In this document: positions 17,381 through 25,428 of the stretch, piece after piece
Layout: the number at the start of each line of letters is the position of its first letter
Numbering within the stretch: the stretch's first letter is position 1
Assembly (NCBI GenBank): GCA_965277805.1
Contig: OZ255842.1
Span: 3,776,001 to 3,840,000 of the forward strand
Length of the DNA: 64,000 nucleotides
Source: Candidatus Lustribacter sp.
GTDB lineage: Bacteria > Vulcanimicrobiota > Vulcanimicrobiia > Vulcanimicrobiales > Vulcanimicrobiaceae
Reading direction: 5' to 3'
Made by a program: the position numbers and the translations under genes
Notes under the pieces: model-generated
Seen by the model: only the letters and a program-made list of their open reading frames with translations
The model's database searches: none
What the model was told of the DNA's origin: nothing

Positions 17381-18478
17381 TTATGGTGTGTCGTTGGTTA
17401 CGACTTCGTCCAAAACGTCGAAGTTACGCTGCGCGAGTTGCTCGGTTTCGGCGGCTACGGAGCGCAGGTGAACGGCTAATTCGTCGCGCCGCTGCCAAGC
17501 GTCGTCGATGCGCGCGATCACGTCTTTCACCGGCGCTTTGTCGCCCGGCGTGAAGAGCGGCGGCAGCGGATAGCGCAGATCGTCGAGCAGTGCCGTGACC
17601 TTGGGGTCGTAGGGCACGGCGGAAAACGGCACGGCCAAGCGCGCCGCGATGATCAGCGCATGGAGGCGCATCCCGATCACGAGCGATGCGTGACCGATGA
17701 TCTGCGCCGCTTGGCCCAAACTCATCGCGGGCAGCAGCAGCGGCGCCGATTTCGCGCGCCGGATGACGCTTGTCGACACGTCGGCGTCGGAGGGGCCGCC
17801 GAGCGGCAAGAACGCGATCTGCGCGCCATGCTCGTCCGCTAAGCGATCGACCGCAGCCGCCAGCGACGTGATCGTCGCTTCGTTATGGGGCCAGCGGCGC
17901 ACCGAAACGACGACCAGCGGGCCGGGGCCGCCGAGGCCCTCCGCCGCCAAGTCGAGCGGCGCCGTGCCGGGTTCGAACAGAAAGACGGGATCGGCGGTAC
18001 GCTCGACGCGCACCTTCGGCAACAGTGTGGAGAGCAGCCGGCGCGAGCGCTCGTCGCGCACGGTCGCCGCCGTAACTCCGCCGCAGCACGCGCGCACGAC
18101 GGCGCGGCCGAACACATCGAGCGGCCCGATCGATTGCGCGAAGATCATCGTCTTCTTGTTGGCCCGCGTCGCGGTGCGCACGATGCCGGCGTAGTAGAGC
18201 AGGCTGCGCAGGCTCGTGACGTTCTGGAGCAGCCCGCCGCCGCCCGAAAGCACGACGTCGGAGCGATCGATCGCGCGGCGGACGGCGCCGAGATCCATGC
18301 GCGGCGTCGACTCAACGTTCAAGCGCGCGCTGGTCGCCGCCGGATCGGCGCTGAGCACGTCGATCGAACCGTTCGGATAGACGGCCCGCAAGCGCGCCAC
18401 GATCACGTCGAGCAGAGCCTCGTCGCCAAGGTTGCCGAAGCCGTAGTAACCGGAAATCAGCACCCGCGGTCCGTTCAC
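17381..18478 (-). CDS. csaB: Polysaccharide pyruvyl transferase CsaB
   Basis: ISGYYGFGNLGDEA, SGGGGLLQNVTSLRSLLYY, AQSIGPL, VRDERS, GMRLHALI, YDPKV. Confidence 0.92.
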   Translation of the reverse strand: MNGPRVLISGYYGFGNLGDEALLDVIVARLRAVYPNGSIDVLSADPAATSARLNVESTPRMDLGAVRRAIDRSDVVLSGGGGLLQNVTSLRSLLYYAGIVRTATRANKKTMIFAQSIGPLDVFGRAVVRACCGGVTAATVRDERSRRLLSTLLPKVRVERTADPVFLFEPGTAPLDLAAEGLGGPGPLVVVSVRRWPHNEATITSLAAAVDRLADEHGAQIAFLPLGGPSDADVSTSVIRRAKSAPLLLPAMSLGQAAQIIGHASLVIGMRLHALIIAARLAVPFSAVPYDPKVTALLDDLRYPLPPLFTPGDKAPVKDVIARIDDAWQRRDELAVHLRSVAAETEQLAQRNFDVLDEVVTNDTP

Positions 18479-20454
18479 TCAAGCCGCCGCAGCCGGCGGT
18501 AGACGAAGATGACGATCGCACCGATGATCGCGCCGAGGACGCCGCCGTTGACCACCCGTTCGGCGCCGACCAAGAGCGGCGTGTGCAAGTGCGAGAACGT
18601 GTCGATCAAGTCGCCCAGACCCATGCCGCCGGCCAGCACGAAGAGCCAGCCCCACCGGCGGCGATCGACGGCGTTGAGCGCCGGCACGAGCATCAACGCG
18701 GGCCACGCGACGACGAACTCTTTGAAGCGCGGCCGCACTTGCAGAATCGTCGTCAGGTGCGAGCGCAGCGCCAGCTCGAACGACGACGGCGCGATATCGC
18801 TCTGGTTGCCGCTGCGCTGCAGTACGATGTACGCGCCGGCGACGAGCACGAGCCCGACCAGCAGCTGGATCACGCGCACCGGCGTTTCCGCTGCCGTGCG
18901 CGGATCGATCTTCGCACCGAAGCGATCGGTGAAGAAATACAGGCCGAGCGCGATCAGCGGCGGCAACACCAGTACGTACTTCACGCCGAGGAAGCGATCG
19001 ATCTCGGTCATCGTCAGCAACGTGCTGAGCAAGCCGACGATTGCGAGCGCGCCGCCGAGCGTGACCGCAACCGCCGTCACGAGCGCGATCAGGCCGCGCA
19101 GGTACACGTTCGCCGTGCGCAGCCACGGCGGCGACTCGCCGCGAAACGCCCAGCCCACGGCCAGCATGCCGGCCGCGGAGAACGTCAGCCCCGCCCCGAG
19201 CGCGAGCACTTTGCGCACGACGATGTCGTGATGCGTCACGTACCCTGCCGCGACAAGGAGCAGATCGGCCAGGACGAAAGCCGCGATCCACGCGGTGCCG
19301 CCGATACCGAACGCTTCGAGGATGAGCAAGAGGCTCGCCGGCACGGCCAGCGAGGCCAGCGCGATCGTCAGCGGCGAAATCTTGAACTCGCCGAAGGCCG
19401 AGGCCGATGCGATGCGGCGGTGATCGGCGCGAATGCCCTGCGCGATGCGCCGCACGATCTCGACGTTGGTGGCCTCGATCGAGCGGCCGTTCCACGAGTG
19501 ATAGTACGGGCGCAGGTAGACGACGCGGATGTTGCGCTCGTTCACGCCGAGCAGATAGCGCGCGATGATCTCTTCGGGGTTCAGCTTGTCGGCTTCGGGC
19601 TTGGCGATCGCTTGCACGCGCACCAGGCGCTCGGGCATCCGGCGCGCCAGGTCGGAATCGCCGAGCTGTTCTTGCTTCGGATCGTACGTCTCGACGACGC
19701 CGAAGTTGAGGTGATCGGCAGTCAGCGCGGCGGCCGCCTCCGCGGTGTGGTCGGGATAACCCAGCACTTCGTTTTTCAGCCCGAAGAAGATCACCGTTCG
19801 CGCGCGCTGACCTTGCGTCGCGTCGTCGAGCACCGCGCGGATACGCGACGGCGTGAACCCTTCATCGTTCTGCAGGCGCGGCACGAGCAGCAAACCGTAG
19901 CGCTTGGCGAGCGCAACGCGGTCGAACGGCAGCCCGAACGTCTCCGCATCGAAAAAGTCGCTGGTCGTTCGCACCGCCCACACGGCCGGCAGCTTTGCGC
20001 GCAGCAAACGGATCGCGCGCGCGTCAAAGTGCAGCGGCAGCTGCTCCGCATAGCGCTGCGCGGTGGGCGCATCGTAGGCGACCAAGTACATCGTATCGCT
20101 GCGGATGCCGTTCGTGCGTGCGAGTCCGGCGAAGAGCGGGTCCGCCAGCGTACCGACACGCGCTTGGTCGAGCAGCGCGCCGCCGCTGAAAACCGTTGCC
20201 GTCCCGGCGGCCTGAATGTTGGCACCGAGTTCTTCGCTTACCGCGAGCGACGTCAGGCCCGCGCGGCGCAGTTCGGTGAGGAAGGCGCCTTCGTTATAGG
20301 CGTAGGCCTTGGTGAGGGCGCTGAAGTCGCCGTCGTCCATCACGATCTCGACGTTGCGGTTTGCGGTCTCGCGGTGCTCGCGCCGGGCGGTCACGTAGAG
20401 CGCGGCCAGCAAACCGATGGCCAGAATAATAAGAACGATTCGCCGGGAAGTCAC
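18475..20454 (-). CDS. DUF5693-like membrane protein
   Basis: N-terminal TM, large extracytoplasmic domain (ERNIRVVYLRP), polytopic C-terminus with FLGVK, VRPRFKEF, TFSHLHTP; overlaps the csaB start by 4 bp. Confidence 0.8.
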   Translation of the reverse strand: MTSRRIVLIILAIGLLAALYVTARREHRETANRNVEIVMDDGDFSALTKAYAYNEGAFLTELRRAGLTSLAVSEELGANIQAAGTATVFSGGALLDQARVGTLADPLFAGLARTNGIRSDTMYLVAYDAPTAQRYAEQLPLHFDARAIRLLRAKLPAVWAVRTTSDFFDAETFGLPFDRVALAKRYGLLLVPRLQNDEGFTPSRIRAVLDDATQGQRARTVIFFGLKNEVLGYPDHTAEAAAALTADHLNFGVVETYDPKQEQLGDSDLARRMPERLVRVQAIAKPEADKLNPEEIIARYLLGVNERNIRVVYLRPYYHSWNGRSIEATNVEIVRRIAQGIRADHRRIASASAFGEFKISPLTIALASLAVPASLLLILEAFGIGGTAWIAAFVLADLLLVAAGYVTHHDIVVRKVLALGAGLTFSAAGMLAVGWAFRGESPPWLRTANVYLRGLIALVTAVAVTLGGALAIVGLLSTLLTMTEIDRFLGVKYVLVLPPLIALGLYFFTDRFGAKIDPRTAAETPVRVIQLLVGLVLVAGAYIVLQRSGNQSDIAPSSFELALRSHLTTILQVRPRFKEFVVAWPALMLVPALNAVDRRRWGWLFVLAGGMGLGDLIDTFSHLHTPLLVGAERVVNGGVLGAIIGAIVIFVYRRLRRLE

Positions 20455-20474
20455 CGGATGGCGGTTTCGCTAGG

Positions 20475-20508
20475 AAAAACAACAAGGCCCGCAGAGCGAG
20501 CCTTGCTG
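20475..20508 (-). terminator. Intrinsic terminator about 20 nt upstream of the DUF5693 start
   Basis: Minus strand CAGCAAGGCTCGC-TCT-GCGGGCCTTGTTG-TTTTT (13-bp stem with G-U pairs plus U tract). Confidence 0.8.
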
Positions 20509-20600
20509 CCGTCGCGTAGTAGGTTGCCCTACTACCGGGTGTGGGCGACGATTATACATCGGAGCCGCGCGCCCACCGTCGCGGTGTACGAATGTTGTGC
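20475..20600 (-). ncRNA. Candidate structured leader RNA or sRNA (unassigned)
   Basis: Lies between a sigma70-like promoter and a terminator; stems GTGGGCG/CGCCCAC, CGTCGC/GCGACG and GTAGTAGG-GCAA-CCTACTAC. Confidence 0.55.
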
Positions 20601-20606
20601 CGCTGC

Positions 20607-20635
20607 AGAATAGCAATCCTTTGGACGTTCGTCAA
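20607..20635 (-). promoter_or_regulatory. Sigma70-type promoter
   Basis: Minus strand TTGACG-17 nt-TATTCT with an extended -10 TG. Confidence 0.65.
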
Positions 20636-20697
20636 GTTCGCGTCTGCCCTTTGGTGAACGTGTTCATGCACAGCTTTTCTGGCAAAACGTCGAGAAG

Positions 20698-21489
20698 TCA
20701 GCGATTTTCGGGGACCCATGGGATCACGCGTTTTTCGATCGCGCCGGCGATTGCGAACAGCGTCGAGCCGATGATTCCGGCGGTCACGAGACCGGCAACG
20801 GATTGGCTGATCGATAGCGTCGTCCACGAATTCCAGATCAGATGTCCGATGCCGTTGTCGGCGACGAGGAACTCAACCGCGACGGTGTTGAGCAATGCGA
20901 GACCGACGGAAAGCTTCACGCCGCCCATGATCACCGGCAGCGCGGCCGGAAACATCACATCGAAATACAGATCGCGCGGACGCGCTCCGAAGCTGTTCGC
21001 AACTTCTTTGTAGATCGGCTCGACGTTGAGCACCGCCGCCATCGTCGTGATGATCATCGTGAAGAACGGCCCGAGCGAAATCAAGATGACGTTCGAGGTT
21101 TCGTTGAGGCCGACCAGGATCAGGATGATCGGAAAGAGCGCGATGCGCGGCAACGGATAAAATGCCGCCACGAGCGGGGCCACAATCGAGCGCGTCCACG
21201 GCGAGACGCCCATCGCGAGACCGATCAGCGTGCCCGGGATGAGGCCGACGAAAAACCCGACGAAGAAACGCGAGAGCGTGATGCCGGCCGTGTTCAGCAA
21301 ACCGCCGGTTTGGATCAGCTGCACGATCGTCGCCGCGATTACCGTCGGCGGGGCGAGGATGCGCCGGTCGACGATGTTCATGCGCGAGCAGAATTCCCAA
21401 ATGATCAGCACGACCAGCGGGCTGACGACGACCATGATGCGGTCGCGCTGCTGCGCTGTCATCTTCTTCTTGGGTTTAAGCGACGTCAC
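20698..21489 (-). CDS. ABC permease, NitT/TauT (SsuC-like)
   Basis: LAPPTVI, PLPRIALFP, EVANSFGA (EAA-like), AVEFLVADNGIG. Confidence 0.9.
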   Translation of the reverse strand: MTSLKPKKKMTAQQRDRIMVVVSPLVVLIIWEFCSRMNIVDRRILAPPTVIAATIVQLIQTGGLLNTAGITLSRFFVGFFVGLIPGTLIGLAMGVSPWTRSIVAPLVAAFYPLPRIALFPIILILVGLNETSNVILISLGPFFTMIITTMAAVLNVEPIYKEVANSFGARPRDLYFDVMFPAALPVIMGGVKLSVGLALLNTVAVEFLVADNGIGHLIWNSWTTLSISQSVAGLVTAGIIGSTLFAIAGAIEKRVIPWVPENR

Positions 21490-22273
21490 TTGAGATCTCG
21501 CGTTGGCGGAGGGTGAGGACTTCCTCGCGCAGCGCCGTCCAGATGCGGCTGCGAATATTGAAGAAGCCTTCGTTCGATTGCATGTCGAGGACGTTACGCG
21601 GACGCGGCAGATCGACGTCGACGACGCTCTTGACCGAGCCCGGGCGGTTCGTCATCACGATGACGCGGTCGCCGAGCACGATCGCTTCATCGAGGCTGTG
21701 CGTGATGTACACAACGGTCTTGTGCGAGCCGTCCCACAAGCGCAAGAGATCCTCTTGTACGAGCAGTTTGGTCTGTTCGTCGAGACTCGCCAGCGGCTCG
21801 TCCATCAGCAAGATGGCCGGATCGTTGGCGAATGCCCGCGCGATGTTCACGCGTTGCCGCATGCCGCCCGAGAGCTGGCGCGGGTAGGCGTCGGCGAATT
21901 GGCTGAGGCCGAGCATATCGAGATAGGCGCTCGCCGCCTTCTCGCGCTCGGCGCGTCCGATGCCGCGCACCTTGAGCCCGAAGGCCGTATTCTGCAGCAC
22001 GCTCATCCACGGAAAGATACCCTGCTCCTGAAAGACGACGCTGCGCAGCGGCTTTCCGTCGTGCGCGATCGTGAAGTCGACTTCGCCGTCGGTCGGCGCT
22101 TCGAGTCCGGCAAGGATCCGCAACAGCGTCGTCTTGCCGCAGCCGCTCGGCCCGACGATGCAGAGGAACTGACCCTCCGAAATCGTCAGATCGATCGGCG
22201 CCAGCGCCTGGACATCGCCGTGGACCCCTTCGAATGTCTTGGTGACGCCGCGTACGCGGATCTCGCCGGGCAC
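21476..22273 (-). CDS. ABC ATP-binding protein, NitT/TauT (SsuB/TauB-like)
   Basis: GPSGCGKT, YPRQLSGGMRQR, LLMDEP, ITHSLDEA, DLPRPR; start GTG 22273 after GGAG. Confidence 0.92.
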   Translation of the reverse strand: MPGEIRVRGVTKTFEGVHGDVQALAPIDLTISEGQFLCIVGPSGCGKTTLLRILAGLEAPTDGEVDFTIAHDGKPLRSVVFQEQGIFPWMSVLQNTAFGLKVRGIGRAEREKAASAYLDMLGLSQFADAYPRQLSGGMRQRVNIARAFANDPAILLMDEPLASLDEQTKLLVQEDLLRLWDGSHKTVVYITHSLDEAIVLGDRVIVMTNRPGSVKSVVDVDLPRPRNVLDMQSNEGFFNIRSRIWTALREEVLTLRQREISSDVA

Positions 22274-22275
22274 GC

Positions 22276-23448
22276 CTATTTCAATGCTCCGCCGAACGAA
22301 CTCGACGTGGTCCAGCCGTTGCCGTTCCAGCGCTGGATGACGGCATCGTCGATGCCCGCGCCGCGCTGCGGTTCTTTGGTGAAGTCGTAGACGCCGAGAA
22401 TGCCGGGATAGTTTTTCAGGCCCGCGATGTAGTCGCGAATTTGCGCGCCGGTCGCCGTCGGTCCGAGCTTGCGCAGCGCATCGACGGTGATCAGTCCGGC
22501 GTCCCACGTCATCCCCGACTGCAAATCGGTCTCCACGCCGGCCGCTTTCATCGCCGCGTTGTAGACGTCTTGCTGATGTTTGACTTGCGGGTTCTGCGCG
22601 ATGCCGGCGGCGTACGTCACGCCGGTGAAGTACAGCTCCTTCGGAATGAACGCCGCGTACTGCTTGAGCTGGGCCGCGACTTGGTTGGCGCTCGTCGTAA
22701 CGATCGGTACGTCGAGACCGACGTCTTGCACGGCGCGCAACGCGGTGGCGAACGGCGTGCCGGGCGCCCAGATGATCAGGGCCTGGGGGCCGGCGGCCTT
22801 GATACGCGTCAACTGCGCTGTTGCGCTGACGTCGCTCGCGGCATAACGCTCCGTATCGACCAGCTGCATCGAGCTGTTTTCGGGCAGCTTCAGCGCTTCG
22901 CCGACATCCGTGACGCCGTCTTGACCCGAAGCGTCCTGAGATGCGAGCAAGCCGAATTTTTTCCAGCCCTTCTCACGGAAGAACCGCACCGTCGCAATGA
23001 TCAGATCCTTCGTCGCAACGCTGGTCGAGAAGACGTATGACCCCTTCGGCGGATAGATGGCGGGTGAGAGGCACCAGTTGACCGGGCCTGCCTCGAAGAC
23101 CGGCGCGATCGCTTGGCACATGGCGGACAGCGACGAGCCCAAGACGATCGGCGACTGGGTTTCGGCTTGCGTCGCGAGTTGCTTCGAGACGGCCGGACTC
23201 GTCTGATCGTCGAGGAAGACGAACTTGAGCGGGCGGCCTTTGATGCCGCCGTCCTTATTGACGACGTCTTGGAGAATCTGCATCGTCTTCTCGTGCGTCT
23301 GGCCGATGAACGCACCGCCGCCGGTGAGCGGCAGAATGATCGGAATCGACACCGGCTGCGGCGCCTGTGCGACGGCAATCGAGCTGAGGAACAGCCCGCT
23401 CGCAACGAGCGCGGCACTTGCACCAATGGTCAAGCGGCGAATATTCAT
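22276..23448 (-). CDS. ABC substrate-binding protein, LivK/leucine-binding family
   Basis: AGGAG RBS, Sec signal, LPLTGGGAF, NKDGGIKGRPL..DDQ; paralogue of 6981..8150. Confidence 0.9.
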   Translation of the reverse strand: MNIRRLTIGASAALVASGLFLSSIAVAQAPQPVSIPIILPLTGGGAFIGQTHEKTMQILQDVVNKDGGIKGRPLKFVFLDDQTSPAVSKQLATQAETQSPIVLGSSLSAMCQAIAPVFEAGPVNWCLSPAIYPPKGSYVFSTSVATKDLIIATVRFFREKGWKKFGLLASQDASGQDGVTDVGEALKLPENSSMQLVDTERYAASDVSATAQLTRIKAAGPQALIIWAPGTPFATALRAVQDVGLDVPIVTTSANQVAAQLKQYAAFIPKELYFTGVTYAAGIAQNPQVKHQQDVYNAAMKAAGVETDLQSGMTWDAGLITVDALRKLGPTATGAQIRDYIAGLKNYPGILGVYDFTKEPQRGAGIDDAVIQRWNGNGWTTSSSFGGALK

Positions 23449-23549
23449 TAGTCTCTCCTGCTGAAGGCGCGGTTGGCGCAGTTTTGCGCGCCGTGACAGG
23501 GGGCCTTCGTCTCCGGCGCAAGGCAACGCAGAGAAGTTTCGTTACCCCG

Positions 23550-23578
23550 TGTCATCCCCAGCTCGTCGAGGGACCGCC
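23550..23578 (+). repeat. TGTC-tagged REP-like repeat, copy 4
   Basis: TGTCATCCCCAGCTCGTCGAGGGACCGCC; opposite orientation to copies 1-3. Confidence 0.85.
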
Positions 23579-23582
23579 TCGA

Positions 23583-23625
23583 TTCTCGATATAGAGGCAA
23601 TTCGCTACTTCCCCTATAATGAGAA
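23583..23625 (+). promoter_or_regulatory. TA promoter: TATAAT -10 inside an inverted repeat (candidate operator)
   Basis: TATAAT at 23615-23620; arms TTCTCGATATAG (23583-23594) and CTATAATGAGAA (23614-23625) are 10/12 complementary. Confidence 0.6.
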
Positions 23626-23629
23626 CCTG

Positions 23630-24034
23630 ATGACGACGGCGGCGGCTGTGCGTGATGATTCGGCCAAGAGCGCGCGGCTCTCGGGGGCTGCGTTCGAGCT
23701 GTTTCTGGCAATTGCCGAGCTCTGGGGGCTCAGCCCGGCCGAGGCTCGCACTCTGCTCGGGTCGCTGCCGGAGTCGACCTTCTATAAGTACCAGAAGTCG
23801 CCGCGCTCGGCCCATCTCTCGCACGACACGCTGGCGCGGATCTCGCATCTGCTGGCGATCTACAAATCGATCAACCTTCTGCTGCCGCGGGCCGAATCGG
23901 CCGACGCCTGGGTACGCCGGCCGAACGACGCGCCGCTTTTTAAAGGACGCAGCGCGCTCGAGTACATGCTGGGCGGCGAGTTCGAGGACATCGCGGCCGT
24001 GCGCCGCTACCTCGACGCCGAGCGCGGGTGGTAG
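23630..24034 (+). CDS. Antitoxin, Xre/MbcA/ParS family
   Basis: HTH (WGLSPAEARTLLG), RISHLLAIY, WVRRPNDAPLFKGRSAL, VRRYLDAERG. Confidence 0.92.
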   Translation: MTTAAAVRDDSAKSARLSGAAFELFLAIAELWGLSPAEARTLLGSLPESTFYKYQKSPRSAHLSHDTLARISHLLAIYKSINLLLPRAESADAWVRRPNDAPLFKGRSALEYMLGGEFEDIAAVRRYLDAERGW

Positions 24035-24702
24035 CGCACGAGCGCTGGGCGACCTCCTACCGCGCCGTCGCCTCGAAGTATCCAACCGTCGGAATTTACG
24101 ACCGCATCAGCGATCCGGCGAATCTCGCGACGGTGCTCGAAATCGAGGCGCTCACGAACCCGCGCCTGCGCGAAGAGCTCGCGCCGTACCGCAAGATCCG
24201 GCCCGAGGATGCAATCGCCGGGCCGGGCTCGACACCGATCATGGCGTCCTTTGCGTATTCGGGCGCGAGCCGCTTTTGCGACGGGACGTACGGCGTGTAC
24301 TATGCCGGACGCGAAGAGGAGACGGCGATCGCGGAATCGCGCTACCACACCGAAGCGTTCTTGCGCGCCACGCAGCAGCCGAGTATCGATGTCGACAAGC
24401 GCATTTACGTTGCGGCGATCGAGGGCGATTTCGACGATATTCGCGGGCGGTCGATGCGCTCGAAACTCTACGCAGCGGCGCCGGATGATTATGATTATTC
24501 GCAACACTACGCGCATAAGTTGTATTCCCGCAATCGGGTCGATGGGATCGTGTATAACAGCGTGCGCCGCAGCGGCGGGCAGTGCATCGTGGCCTTCCGC
24601 CCGCGCGTGGTGAGTAAGGCGCACGTTCGCAAACACGTGCAGTTTCGCTGGGACGGCCGGCGGATTGTCGGTGTTACCGATCTCGTAAATATACGCGAGT
24701 AG
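24028..24702 (+). CDS. RES domain toxin (NAD+ phosphorylase family)
   Basis: SRFCDGTYGVYYA (R), TAIAESRYH (E), GIVYNSVR (S); overlaps the antitoxin end. Confidence 0.92.
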   Translation: MVAHERWATSYRAVASKYPTVGIYDRISDPANLATVLEIEALTNPRLREELAPYRKIRPEDAIAGPGSTPIMASFAYSGASRFCDGTYGVYYAGREEETAIAESRYHTEAFLRATQQPSIDVDKRIYVAAIEGDFDDIRGRSMRSKLYAAAPDDYDYSQHYAHKLYSRNRVDGIVYNSVRRSGGQCIVAFRPRVVSKAHVRKHVQFRWDGRRIVGVTDLVNIRE

Positions 24703-24709
24703 TTTCACT

Positions 24710-24731
24710 TGATCTGAAACTGATCTGAAAC
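24710..24731. repeat. 11-bp perfect tandem repeat (TGATCTGAAAC x2)
   Basis: Read directly at 24710-24720 and 24721-24731, about 90 bp upstream of the 2Fe-2S gene. Confidence 0.8.
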
Positions 24732-24819
24732 GAAGCGAACGTGCCACCGCTCTCTTGCAGCCGCGATCGCGGCTGCATTCCGCTCGATTAGTTCGAAGCG
24801 CCAAGGGTAAACGCTCGGC

Positions 24820-25428
24820 ATGCAACGGCTCAACGGCGGCCTTTCTCGCAGGCGGTTCATCGTCGGCACACTCTCACCGGTCATCGTCTCGGGGCTGTCA
24901 TCCGGACGCCTTCTGAGGGTAGCGGAGGCGGCGACCGTAGCGCGCTTACCGGCACGGGGCCCGCAGCCGGTTGCGGTAACGCTCATGGTCAATGGGTCAT
25001 CGCGTCCGGTTCAGATCGAACCGCGGGCGACGTTGCTCGATACGTTGCGCGATACGATCGGTTTAACCGGAACGAAGAAAGGCTGCGATCAGGGGACGTG
25101 CGGCGCATGCACGGTGCTCGTGGACGGCAAGCGCGTCAACTCGTGCCTCACGCTCGCGATCCTAACTGAAGGCCGCCCGATCACCACGATCGAGGGTCTC
25201 GCGAAAGGCACTGAACTCCACCCGGTGCAGGCGGCGTTTCTCGAGCACGACGGATTTCAATGCGGGTACTGCACGCCGGGTCAGATCATGTCGGCCGTCG
25301 GTTTGCTCAGCGAAGGCCGGCCGCTCGACGACGTTAGCGTGCGCGAGTGGATGAGCGGGAACATCTGCCGCTGCGGCGCCTACGCGAACATTCAGGCGGC
25401 CGTCCAATCGGCCGGAGGTCGCGCATGA
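24820..25428 (+). CDS. paoA: Aldehyde oxidoreductase 2Fe-2S subunit with Tat signal (PaoA/YagT-like)
   Basis: SRRRFI Tat motif; GTKKGCDQGTCGACTV, FQCGYCTPGQ, GNICRCGAY. Confidence 0.85.
   Translation: MQRLNGGLSRRRFIVGTLSPVIVSGLSSGRLLRVAEAATVARLPARGPQPVAVTLMVNGSSRPVQIEPRATLLDTLRDTIGLTGTKKGCDQGTCGACTVLVDGKRVNSCLTLAILTEGRPITTIEGLAKGTELHPVQAAFLEHDGFQCGYCTPGQIMSAVGLLSEGRPLDDVSVREWMSGNICRCGAYANIQAAVQSAGGRA

Noticed and set aside
20470-20559. 29-codon ORF MYNRRPHP... inside the candidate leader RNA
   Set aside because: No Shine-Dalgarno, no regulatory codon run, and it reads through the terminator.
18583-20613. 676-aa plus-strand ORF, and similar long shadow ORFs (5699..7084, 9824..11647, 11362..12465, 15691..16851, 59642..60700)
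   Set aside because: Antisense or off-frame to well-supported genes, Arg/Ala-rich with no motifs; expected in GC-rich DNA.
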